Assembly: GCA_043228905.1 (NCBI GenBank)
Contig: JBHGNT010000001.1
Coordinates: forward strand, 6,696,001 to 6,760,000
DNA length: 64,000 bases
Direction of reading: 5' to 3'
From: Azolla caroliniana
Taxonomy: Eukaryota; Plantae; Polypodiophyta
Below the pieces are notes generated by a model. That model was not told the origin of the DNA. It saw only the letters and a program-made list of their open reading frames with translations, and ran no database searches. Positions within the stretch are counted from its first letter, which is position 1; the number at the start of each line of letters is the position of its first letter. Shown in pieces: positions 47,615 to 60,300 of the stretch. The position numbers and the translations under genes were made by a program.

Positions 47615-47832
47615 TTTTTTTCCAAAAAAGAATATACTCCATTAGTTAAAGTATACCCAACTTCGATCCCTTTCTCGGGTAGGCCTTGCCTAGACTATCC
47701 AATCCTTCATAAGCGATCTCACTTATTTATCTTACACTTTCACACGTGTGTCTAGCCATCCTTTCCTACACATCACCCACATTCAATATCCCGCATGACA
47801 TATTGTTCACGCCTCTCTTTCAACTAATGGGA
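47615..47832 (-). mobile_element. Short retroposed LINE 3'-UTR with a long target-site duplication
   Basis: GAGGACTAAATCAATTGTT at 47596-47614 and 47833-47851; poly(A) on the minus strand preceded by TAACTAATGG. Confidence 0.8.
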
Positions 47833-48770
47833 GAGGACTAAATCAATTGTTATAACTTCAAGTTCCTCAGCAATGCATTGATACTATTTATGAAAGGAAA
47901 TGATGGATCTTTGCATCAATATGTCAATTACCGAGGCCTTGACTACATCACTAACGAGAACCAATACCCATTGCCTCTTTGAAATCACCAACGAGAACCA
48001 AAGGAAACTGTAGACAAGGTGATACTTGTTAGGGTCACATGGTTTGACTATAAGACTTTGAATCATCTTTGGTTTTTATCATTGAGCAAGCTCAAACAAG
48101 ACAATGTGATGTATAAGAGGAGACATGGTTCATTAGGTAAGATGCGGGCGTGGGTTTGTCTATCCACATTGGGCCTGTTTGAGGAGCCATGGAAGTCAAT
48201 TTAAGGATAATGAGGCGAGATCATGTTGTTGAGAACTATAGCATTGATGTGGGTGCCCATAGAAGGTCTATAGGACAACCTCACGGGCGATGTTACCGAA
48301 AGAGATACTTCGACCATAATTGGGATGACTTGCATAGGTGATGCCGAACACCGACTAATTTGCTTGGGATTGGATGTCATTTTTTAGTTAGTGGGATTTT
48401 CATGTTTATAAATGAATGTGAAATTAGTGAAATGGGAAGTGGCACCATCAATAAACCAATGCATGGGCATGGATGTTGTTGAGGATAATGCAAAAGTTGA
48501 ACAAACAAAAGTCCAATCAAACCATGTCATGCAGTTAGCATGGACATGTAAAAGGGGAAATCCCCCTCCCTTCTCTCCCTTTGTATCTTAACCTATAATG
48601 GTAAATTGTGAGATTAACCAACTCTAAGGCTTTGTGTCGAAGGCTCAACTATCATATCTCTTTTTTTTCCCTAATTTTTTAGGTGACATTGTGGAATCAA
48701 GGGGTTGAATGCAAGACTTCCTGGTCTTTGTTGGACAACCCCATCAATTGAATTGAGCTACATTCATCCG

Positions 48771-48807
<37 letters not shown>

Positions 48808-48959
48808 ATGCCAATATGTTTCCCGTTGACGTTTAAAGAGATCTATCTATCTCTCTCTCTCAGGGCCATTCCACGATATACAAGTGAAGTGATCGGGAGG
48901 GGCAATGGAAGAAGAGAAAACGAAAAAATTAACACCAACTCTAGAGAGAGAGAGAGATT

Positions 48960-50303
48960 TGTAGGATGCCCTCTTAGCCCACTGTTGTTTGCTATTGTTA
49001 CTCATCCCTTGTTAGTAATGTTATCAAGGCTTGCAACAAATGGTGACATTGTGGGTCTACACGTTCTGTCTAGAGGGCAACTCGTATCACAAGCTTTGGT
49101 TAATGATTCTTTCATGTTTCTACAAGCCTCATGAGAGAATCTTGAGAAGGGGATGCTTGTATGGAACCGATTTGCATTGGCTTCTAGATTACATATTAAT
49201 TGGAGGAAGTCTAGTCTCATATCATGTACTGAAAGGGATTTGGAATGTTTAGGATGGCAAGGATCCGTGGTGAAGAAAGACTCTATTTTTCGACAGTTGG
49301 GCTATCTATTAGGAATGAATGTTACAAATGGTCAATTTATTGAATGGATGTCTAGTAAGTTGAGGGATAAGTTCATGCATTAGAAGTCACAATCTCGGCC
49401 ATTTCATGTACGCTCGAAGGTTGTACAATGTATTATAGAACCCATGATATTATATTACTTGCCATTGTTGCCATGGGCAAAGAAGGCTTTGCATTCTATT
49501 TTGCAACCTCTTCAATATTTGTTGTGAAAGAAGAGGGATAAGACGGGAATCACTTGGGTTGTGTGGAATCATCTAGCAACCCCTAAGCACTTGGGGGAAA
49601 CTGGAATATTTAACTTATCTAATCATATGATGACTCATAGATTTTCATTATTACAAGACATGAGTTCAAACTCACATTCATGGATATCTATTGTTCAATA
49701 TTTCATAGTGAACAAGGGTTTAACACATGGGAGGACAATGATTAAGGCTTCATGGTGGCAATTATTGAATGGATGTATTTCAATTAGGGTTCCGGGCTCT
49801 ACACGTGTTCAACACTTGGTTATATCATGGCAAGAAGCACTCTTGTTATGTGTATGGAAACCATAATCTAGTAGAGAGCATTGTAATTCTTTGCAAAAAG
49901 TGTTGCTTGTGTCTTCCCGGTTATTATGTTGGCCAGGAAATGAGAGATTGCGATCTCAATTTAATCGTTTGTTTCGTTTGGGGGTCAAAGGGGTGGGGAG
50001 ATATAGTTGAGGCTCCATCTCAAATAATTTTGGAGTTTCGAACCCAAGACATAGTGCTTATATAGTGTAACAACTTACCACTAGGGTAAGGTACTTACAA
50101 AAAAACAAGAAAGAAAGAGAGGGAGAGAGAATATGTACTAAAGTTAAAAGGACTTCTTTTGTGGCATTGAGTTTGGAGTCGTGGAAGACTTTAGATCCCC
50201 ATAGATAGATAGATAGAAGGGGGTTCTATAGTTTGTTTGTAGTAAGTAAGTTAGTCATGGTGGTGTATTTTCTTTTGTAATGAAAGCCATTATTCACGAA
50301 AAA
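48960..50303 (+). mobile_element. Decayed L1-type LINE related to 25125-27890
   Basis: GCPLSPLLFAIVTHP and QALVNDS; 3' UTR 50130-50300 matches the reverse complement of 25125-25380. Confidence 0.85.
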
Positions 50304-51092
50304 GGAGAGGTGAGGGCCCAGGGGTATTTCCTGCAATTCATAGAAGCTGGGAGGGTACCGACGAGCTCCCAGGTTTCAAAAGTCAACGGATTTCTTCGTC
50401 ACTTTTTCTTCTCCACTTATACATAAATGTCTCTAAACTGAGAGAGCTTGGCATCCTCTGCAAATCCATGGCTTCTTCTCTCTCCAGGTAAGTTGGCGAT
50501 CCAGCAGAGTCTTCATATGTAGGGTTTCCGTATGTAAAGATATTCCTGGAAAAAAAAAAGCTCAGTTTTTTCAGGGTTTTCTAAGGTTTAATAAGGCTGG
50601 GCAGACCATGGTCTTTCGTTTCTTGAGTTTGTCTTGGTTAAAATTGTTAGTCTATTTTTGAGCAAATATACGTTTTCTAGGATTTAAGGAGTCTTGAACA
50701 GAGTATAAATTCTAGGCCTAAGATTTGAAATAGATTCGGCCTGGTATAAGGTTTTGCATTTTTAGGGTATAAATCTCGAAGAAAATCCGTTTTCTAGGGT
50801 ATACAATGCGTGATGAGACTCCTCATTTTCTAGGGTTTTAAAAAAACTCAGGGAGAGAATCTTCATTTTCTAGGGTTAGAACCTCCATTTTCTAGGGTTT
50901 TTCTAGTGTATAAGAACATCTATCGTTTAATAAGGTCTTCATTTCGAGGGTTTGGAATCTGCATTTTCTAGGATATAATCCTAGAGTATATAAGACTTGA
51001 ACAGAATCACCATCAATGTGATATGGCCTCGAGATGGAGGAGAAATGGAAATGCATGATATCTTTAATTTCTAGTGACAAAACTTACACCCC

Positions 51093-54000
51093 ATGGATGA
51101 TATATTTGAGCAAATGCTTTCAAACCCATCATGGGGAGATACTAGTGGAAGCATGGCTATGGATTCCATAGGAACACTTCAGAGAATGGATTCAATTCAT
51201 AGAATTCAGCCCACCCCTGGAATGGGGGGTGTCATGGACAATCAAAGGTCGTCTCTATATATCACTTCTCAAGAAGAACTTGATATAAGTTTCAAGAATG
51301 AACTTGGTATAATAAGACCTCCTTCCAAGCCACAAATCTCAACCTCTTGGAAAGAGCCTACTGTAGACAGTATGCCACCATTGGCTTCCAGCATTGGAGT
51401 ATTTGCAAATTCAAGTGCTTTTCCTTTCCCCAATGATGCAATCCTTCACAATGTGCATTTGGGTAAAAGGACTAGGGAGGGCGAAGATGCTATGAAGGCA
51501 TTGGATATGGTGAGTGAATGAGTCCTGGTTGGCTTCTATTGTTACCATTCCTTATGAGTTTTTAAGTCTAACTGGGATGTGGCTCATGTATTGATACAGA
51601 TTCATGGTATGATACCGTCACCAACGCATAGTGATCAAGCCCTTTTTGGTAAGAATGGTACAGCTTCAGCTGGAAATGGGGCTGGTAGGCCCAGAGTGAG
51701 AGCTCGCCGAGGCCAAGCCACAGATCCACATAGCATTGCCGAGAGGGTGCGTGTCTGTGTGTCTGTCTGTATGTGTATGCATGTATATGTATCCATGTGT
51801 TCCCACATGTACTATAATGCATTGCTAAGAACAAGTGATTGTGTGTAAGTATATGTGCGTGTATTGCATGTGTGTATGTCTATCAGCAAATTGTATATAT
51901 AAGAAGTTTTGTCCATTTTTCCATGTGGGAAAGAGTTCACTTTCCTCATTTTTCCATACAATGTAGACATTATGAGCTTCTGCAATTGAACCACCACATA
52001 GGTCACACACTAGCTATTTAGCTATCTTATGCAAGATTCTCTCTCACTCTCTCCAGTTAATTTTAAGTTCAATATTAGCCGCTCATTATCAACTCTCTCA
52101 GTTCCTTAAGTAACTCTTTTCTAAGTATTTATAATCTTGAGTTATTGATCTTATATTATTACTCTTATTTTAACAGTGTTACATGCTTAAATTCTAGTTT
52201 CTCAAGGCAATGTGGGAATCATAATGGGAAAGTCTTAATGTTGATGAATCCATAACAATGCATCTTTCCTAAATGTCTTTGTATATATTATGTATGCTTA
52301 CTTTGGCAGAAACGTAGGGAGAGAATCACTGAGAGGATGAAAGCACTTCAAGAGCTGGTGCCTGATTCGAATAAGGTGGTATTACTATGAATTGTTTCAT
52401 TAGTGACTGGACTAGAAACTTGCAATGCAATCTAGTTGTCAGTTCTGATGTTTTTTCTTGATATGTACAGACGGATAAAGCATCAATGTTGGATGAGATT
52501 ATTGGTTATGTGAAGTTCTTGCAGATGCAAGTCAAGGTAGTTTATACATCCCATCTTATTTGGTAATCAATGTTGGTGTTTTAACATTATGTATAGCAAC
52601 TCTAATGGATTTTAGCATGGGTTATATATCTGGTACTTCAAATGTACGTAGTTTTATTCTAATGTTTTTAAGCATGTGTTTTATCATTCAGTGCTTGAGC
52701 ATGTGTAGACTTGGTGGTGCTGGTGCTAGTGCTCCTCTTCTTGCTGATCTACCTGCTGAGGTAAATAAATATCAAACTTTTTTGTGTGAGCAAAAATTCT
52801 ATTATCTAAAATATGTATGTACATATACATACGCATACACATACACACACACACACATATTGCATATATGTAATGTTGATACATACACATACACACACAC
52901 ATTGCATATATGTAATGTTGTCGATGCTCGCTTACATATTTTGTCTACAATATACATATAAAATGTCGATTTTGTGAATGCTTTCTTCTGTATTTTATCT
53001 AATATATACATAACTATTGTGTACTAAGTATTTTTATCTAATATAGTATTATGTATTTTATCTAATATAGTATTTTTGTTCACGAGGAGAGCAAATTTGA
53101 CCCATGGAATGAGAATTAGACATATGCATCTTGTATGTGCATGTCCCATCCGAAGAAGGGGGATTGCTACTTAGTAAAAGAAACTCCCTCAAAAAATATT
53201 GTACACATTTGTGCTCACCCTTCTAGGTAATGTTTTGAGTATGGCACCCACTTAACAAGTTTTCATAATTTTTGTGTATCACATTTATATGTTGATCATA
53301 TGAGAACTGAGATCTGTCGTCCACTAAGTCCTCATTGCGTATCTTGCATACCTACATGCTTTCTGTTTTTTGACGCCATGATGCCTCCTTAGTGCCGAAC
53401 TCTGCAAGATGTGGTTGGGTATGTATTAGCTTTCTTGGCCTGTATTAGATCCAAAATTCGAGGTTGATGTTTGCAATATTATATTACACTTTTGACATTT
53501 TAGTATCCTGTCATTTCGTCCTCAATGCTTGCATTAGCCTTTCTTTGATAATCACATATTTCATAGCATCAGTCGGGAGTACCAAGAGATCTTCCACTCC
53601 CCATCGTTTATACCATTCTTGAGGAGATAATAGTTAGATTTTATTATCATCCATGGAGGTCAAATATGACTTACAGGACGAAAACTGAAACATTTTTTGC
53701 ATAATGGGTGTGGAAACTTTTGATGTTCAAGAATTTTAATGATAAATATTGCAATCATGAGTGCATGTTCTGATTGTGAGAGAAATGTGTGTAGGGAGTG
53801 GACCAGATTGACAATGTGTAGTCGAATGCATTGCATTGTGTTGGAGTGTGATACTCTGATTCCTGTACTTGTTCAAGATAATGCATTCACCCCAGCGTCT
53901 TGTCCACATTGAAGAGAATGTGAGCTAAGTCGTCTTGTGAGAGAGTGAAACATCTTTATACTGTCCATGGGAGACCGATTGCAATATATGGGAAGGGCCT

Positions 54001-56122
54001 AGTCCGTGGTGAGGATCGAACCTGGGTTCTCTCAATTTATGACTTTGACATACCATGTAAATCACCAAGCCGAGAGATAGATAGATATCTTTTTAATGTC
54101 CATGTAGACCGATTGTGATCTATGAGATGGGGCTTAGCCCATTGTGAAGATTGAACTTGGCAGAGAAAATATTGTCTTCCAACAAGGATGGCAAATTTAG
54201 ACCTATGGGACCAAATAAACATATTGTCTTGTATGTGACTAATTAATAAGAACAGGGACTTCAATGCTGTATGTGAACAATGCACACACATATGTGGTCA
54301 CCCTTCTTGGTGGAGATATGTGTATGACACTTAAACCATCACGTCCGTCTGACATGTCATCATACTTACATTATATGCTGCACATCCATTGGATATCATG
54401 CCATGATGCTGCTACATCAGAACTTAATTGTGTGACCAAATTCAAAAAGTGTAGGAGAGCCAAGATTCATGGAGTTACATATGTGGTTACATATGTGCCC
54501 ACCCTTCTTGGTGGACATTTGAGTATGACACTTAAATTATCATGCCCATCTAAGAAGTTGTAATATTTCTTGCGAATGACCTTATATGTAAGCAGATGAT
54601 AAGTAAGTGAAATTCATCTTCCACTAGGTTTTCATTGCTATTAGAAATAGACACCTGCGTGGCCCATAGATGTTCTAGCCATGTTAAGAACATACAAGTA
54701 TATCATGAAAGTCAAGAATATGCCCGATCATAGATTGCTTGGAACATAGGATGCAAGGTACAAAACATTAATAAAAGGAAAATCCTCTCATTTGGTTGGG
54801 TGCTTGCCATTATGAAATGGTTTAAGAGATGAAGAGTAAAAGTCCTATTTCAGTGAGTGAGAAGTATGTGATAGTTGAGCATAGATCACAGCAAATATTC
54901 ACCCTCAATACAAGATGAAAATACGATAATGTATCCAATCGCATCACACTACCCCCATGACCTTTGGCTCTTTAATAACCTTAAAACTGCTTCAAACTCG
55001 CTCACACAAATAATAACTTCTCATTCTCACCCAAATATGAAGATCTGCAACGCATGCAATGAAAACCTATAATAACTTCCCATTCTCAAACATATCATGA
55101 CTAATCCACCCATTAATACCAAGACAATCAAAGGTTTGCACAACTTATAATTGTTCTCCCTTGTATGTAAAAGCTAGGTAGTGTCTTGGTTACAATATCC
55201 TTAAGTTTATCAATGCATAGATCAAAGAGTGTGGGACAGAATGGACACCTTTGTTTGACCCCGATGTTGCTCAAAAAGTATGCAGTCAGCAGTGGCATCT
55301 AGACAGCTACTACATATAGGAGAATTGAACTGGAGTGCATTCATGGCTTACCAATAGGTTACAAGTCAAATACGTCTCTGCCGTTGAATCCTAAGTAGTA
55401 CAATGGCTTGTCCCAGCTTTATAATTTTCTGTAAAATCTTTTAGCGAGTCAATGTAAGGAAGGGATGGTGTATTCAATGAGTAGTAATCAAATAAATATG
55501 AATTAATTATAATTTCCTAATGTGAACAAAGTGCCAACTTCCCATAACTTTTGTGTTGTCTCTTGAAAATGATTCATTTGTGATGTATTCTCTCCAAACC
55601 TCCTAACATTGCATATGCTTTCGTGGCACTCAAGGCATGAAGTAAAAGGAAAAAAATGTACTATCAAACTTCTAGCTTTGATCTACTTTTAGCAACTAAA
55701 AGTTTCAATTGTTATTCTTGTAGGGCGGTGCTAATTTCATTACAGCTACTCTTGCCCAAGGCAATGTGGGCATGTCGCATGATGGCTTAGCATTTGCCGA
55801 GCGCCAAGTGGCTCAGCTTATGGATGAAGACATGAGTGCTGCCATGCAATACCTTCAAAGCAAAGGCCTTTGCTTGATGCCCATATCTTTGGCAACATCC
55901 ATTTCTAATACAAGTGCAAGATACTCATCAAAGAATTTAGATGGTAGTGGGCACGAGCAAGTAGGATTGGACATGCAAGCTAATCCAGTTAATCAATCCA
56001 TGGGTATACAACTCGTGAGTCATGGTGTCAATGATAAAAGTGAGAGTCTAGTCACAGCTAAACTTAGCAACAAAGAAATGGTCGATGATGATCCTAGTGA
56101 AAGTGAAAGTGATGAAAACTGA
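51093..56122 (+). CDS. LRL: LRL-type (subfamily XI) bHLH transcription factor (387 aa, 6 coding exons)
   Basis: Exons 51093-51509, 51600-51746, 52310-52375, 52471-52536, 52692-52760, 55724-56122. Motifs [38 protein letters not shown] and the LRL domain [18 protein letters not shown]. Confidence 0.93.
54600..55400 (-). mobile_element. Decayed RTE-like LINE fragment in LRL intron 5
   Basis: NIGVKQRCP motif near 55245-55270, with other RT-like traces. Confidence 0.45.
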
Positions 56123-57335
56123 ACCCAACTCTACTTCTAGTACTTTTTGGGAAAGATGCGCAGCCCTTGTCCATGAGAAGGCCGTCCAAAGTTTCTCCTA
56201 TTGCCGGTTAGGAAATATGTAAGTCATGTCGGCATTTTCTCATAAGTTCCTGTTATTTCAAACCCATGAAAAGGAAACTTGGGAGAAGTAATGAAGAAGT
56301 TTTTTACAGACAAGGTGTATGATGTATAAGATAGGTAAATGAAGCAGGTGCTTCAGTTTTCCTTTTTTCTAGATCTAAGCCAAACTATATTGCAGAATAT
56401 GAAGGAATGCAGTTTATTATTTCCTTTTAAGGGTATCAGCCATAAATAGAATTGCAAAGCAGATTCACTAAACCACGTTAATGTGGGAGGGGAACCATGT
56501 TTAAGATGAAAGCAACATGATAATTGTGGACGGGGAAGAGTTGCATTGTATGTTATGACATCAAGATTAGTGGTTGAAAAATTCAATTCACGGAACTCAG
56601 GAAGGGATAAAATGTGATAACTTGATGATTTGAGTTGTGTCAGGAATGCCTTGCAATGTCTATAATTTGCCTTCTTTGAAGCTACTAATATCCCTTTACC
56701 ATTCCATACTTCACGTCTACATGGGTTTGGCATGCTAAATACTACTAAAGTTACATTGAAGTCATACCTGAAAAACCTTAGATCCAGAACTTCATAACCC
56801 TTGAACTGTAAGAAACCTCAAACTTCATACTAAATTATATAAGAAGCCATAATAATCTAGATCTCAAACTGTAAAGCACGAGCAAAACATATGAAACTTG
56901 AGATGACAGCCCCTAAAAGTTGCCACTTTGTTTAAACTTATGATTGGGCAAAGCTTGTGCTGAGCATATTGTCGCCAAAATTTCTTAAGTTTTCCCATCA
57001 TTTCATGCTAACTTTATATGTTTTGTCTGTTACAGAGAACTAGATATTTGTGGATTTTTTACATACATAAAAACCGGTTGCCAATAATAAAAAATACCGG
57101 GTCTTCATGTTAAATAATAGTGGCGGAAGATCTCAATTTGGGCAAGTATTTTGATTGAGTGATCCCGTGAATAACTAGAGTAAATGTCAAAACAATGGCG
57201 ACATTTATAATGGGGTTTGTCATGATGAATGTAAAAAAGATCTAACTTAGAGGTCTTCAAAATATAGATCTTTTTGGTTTGAAGTATAGATTTCTTCAAC
57301 CACTTTACAAAATTTGGTTGGACCTACGTATATCC

Positions 57336-60300
57336 TCAGGTTTGTTTCTGGTCTTCTTCTACTGCCAGAGAAGCACGGACATTCACATTCTCTTCTTCTT
57401 CGGCATCACCCTTGGAATGTGTTATAACCACATCTCCATTCCCACGTGTATCATTATCTACTGCGAGTTTCTTCTTCTTCGTCTTGTTGGCCACTTGCCT
57501 AGGCATCACTTCAAATATGTAGTTCCCTCCATTCCATACTGTTGCCATCAGCTTGAAGACTTCAAAGAATGCATGTAAATGATATGATTTGAACAACACA
57601 AACGTCAATGCCATTGTCGCCACAGTGAAAGCAGCTTGAATTACCGCATACATTATCACACGCCGCTCGGCGCCCAGTAAACCACTCAAACGCCACCATA
57701 TATTGTTCGCTCTCTCTGCTTTCCTTTTCAGTTCCCTGCCACTCATAAATTACATTGTTTTAGATATTGATTCGGGAATCCTTCCCAATTTTCTGCTTGT
57801 GAAAAAAATGCATGACATAAATTAGTTTGGAACTCTATCCAATTATACACGTCATTAGAAAGTTTTTTACCCATAGATTACCTAATTTGGAGAACGTAAA
57901 AGTCAATGTATATAAGAGGCAATAACATCAATTCCTATTTCCCAATCAGTGAATTCTACCAAATTATTTAAAACCCTATTGTAATTTATCTATATATATG
58001 TATCATGAGATATTTATATAAACGCAAAAACCCCCTCCGAGGATTTTCATTGAATGCTAGAGAAAACTTTACCTGTATGATGTCATGACTTCAGGATCAT
58101 TAAGCAGCCTTTGTCTTCGCAAACCTTCAACAATGAGGAAATATAGTGCTTGCCATACACAGTATGCTAGCAATGGTACAAAAAATAGCCATGTCCATTC
58201 CGCAACAGTATCATTCACTGAGGGCCACGCAGGCCAAGGCCCAGTGTCATCTATCACATGATGTGCAAATGTGGCAGGATCCCACCAACGAATGATAAAG
58301 AAGACGATCCCTGGAAGCATAAAGGAAATATATGATGCATAATTTCAGTATTTTTTCCCTTGGCTAAGAATTGAATGGTGATACATAAACTTGCAAAACT
58401 TAACGGAGGGGTGAAGACTTCACATAAACTGGTATAGCCATACAATGAAACTAGCAATTTCCAAATGAACTACATTCTGCTCATGCAATATTTCATTTCA
58501 CTCGTTGACACTTGGAAAACATTTTAGGCTTCTAGAAGTGTTTTGATCTGGCGTGTTATGGCTTCTAGAGGTGTTTTCACATACTCTAATAAAATATTGA
58601 TGCGGAATGCCAGCAAATAAATTTTTTTGGTAAGGGGAACAGGTCTTGTGTATCACGTTTTGATGTAGATTCTTCTATTGAAACACAAACTTGCAAACTT
58701 ACTCAGATGTGCCAACTAACAAAATGGCAGAATCTGAGAACTGGGTTATGATGCAATGATTGGATATACCTAATTAAAAATATTTATTACTCGTAGATGT
58801 ACAAATAAACTAATAAATAACACTGGAACATTGATTAAGAAAACAGATATTTGGATTCAGTTTCATGCTAGATCATTAGCAGAACAATTGATAACGCATC
58901 CTTAAAAATACCTGGAAGCAGGTGGATCAACACGCTTACTATTTTGTCAATGGAGCTGAAAACAAGGCTGCATCTCCAAATTATTAATGCCCATGCAAGA
59001 GGACCCTGTAAAACAAGTTCTAAGCTTATTTGGCAAAACGTCTCAATATGTTTTTTCCAGTTCTAAACATTATTAGAATCTTACCTCAGCAAATGAAAAG
59101 CAAACCATGAACAATTTCTCATTATTTGGAAAGTACAGCAGCATCACCATAAATATTGCATTTGCGTAGTAGCAAAAATCCTGAAAAAGAAGCATATACA
59201 ATTACTATGGGCACGGCCTCCACATGTCACCCTGCTTGAGTTGTATTAATAATGAGATACATTCTGGAATAGGTTAAACATATTGGGTACTCTGTCTACT
59301 GAGTGAGAGAATAACCTAATAATACTGAGAACAAAGTATCAATCATATTGGAGTCCTCTCTTCAATTATCCGCATGCATTTTGTCTTGTAATACAAACTA
59401 AAAATATGCAAATGTTATTAAGAAACCTAGCATAAAATTCTTGAAGTAAAATTAAAAGAAATTGAGCTAACGTCAAACCCCCATTGATCAACATTTAAGT
59501 CTCAACATCGGGGCTGCACAGGACAAGCTTCACCACTTCACAATTATGTTTATGAATGTAAGTTTAAGCATTTTTATCCATAAAGAATAATTTGTCTGTG
59601 GTTTACATGATGCAGAAAGATAATGCTTTTACATTGAGCTTTAATATGTAATTTCTTGGTTTAAGTTTCTAATGTAATAATGCTTACATGATGTAGAGAG
59701 ATAATGCTTTTACATTGAGCTTTAATATGTAATTTATTGGTTTACTGTTGTTACATTGCACACTGATGATCTAGATGTTATGCGTTCAATAATCTGGACT
59801 TTAACGAGGCAATGTTATGAATTTATAAACAATAATTTGCTTGTGGTTTATATGGTGTATACGGATAATGTTCTTACAATGCTTTAGCATGTAATCTCTA
59901 TTTTAAACATCTATAATTGTTGCATTGTAGATACTACCATTTCAATTTCTAAAGCAGATCACTCAAAATATAATGGAAGTCCACGAGAAGTAATTAAAGG
60001 TGAAGTGTCTTGTGAGATGGGTAGATTTACATTGTGAACTTGATTCAATCATATTGATGTGTCTAAATCAGAGCTGTAGATCTACATTTCTAAACCTAAA
60101 GACATATGTACATTTGTAGACTTGATATATAGGATTAAATCATAAAATGTGGCACCACAAACAAACATATGTACGAATGTTACTGATTAGTAATATAAGG
60201 GGTGGAAAGATAATGTATTCTGCCATATTTAATGCACTTTCTAATATTCAGATACAAATTGGATCTGCCACACAGAAGTGGATGGGTTTATTTACTCTAT

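Noticed and set aside
46600-48400. Old gypsy remnant (polypurine-like G run at 46640, RT-like trace at 47890-47980)
   Set aside because: Too decayed to delimit or classify reliably.
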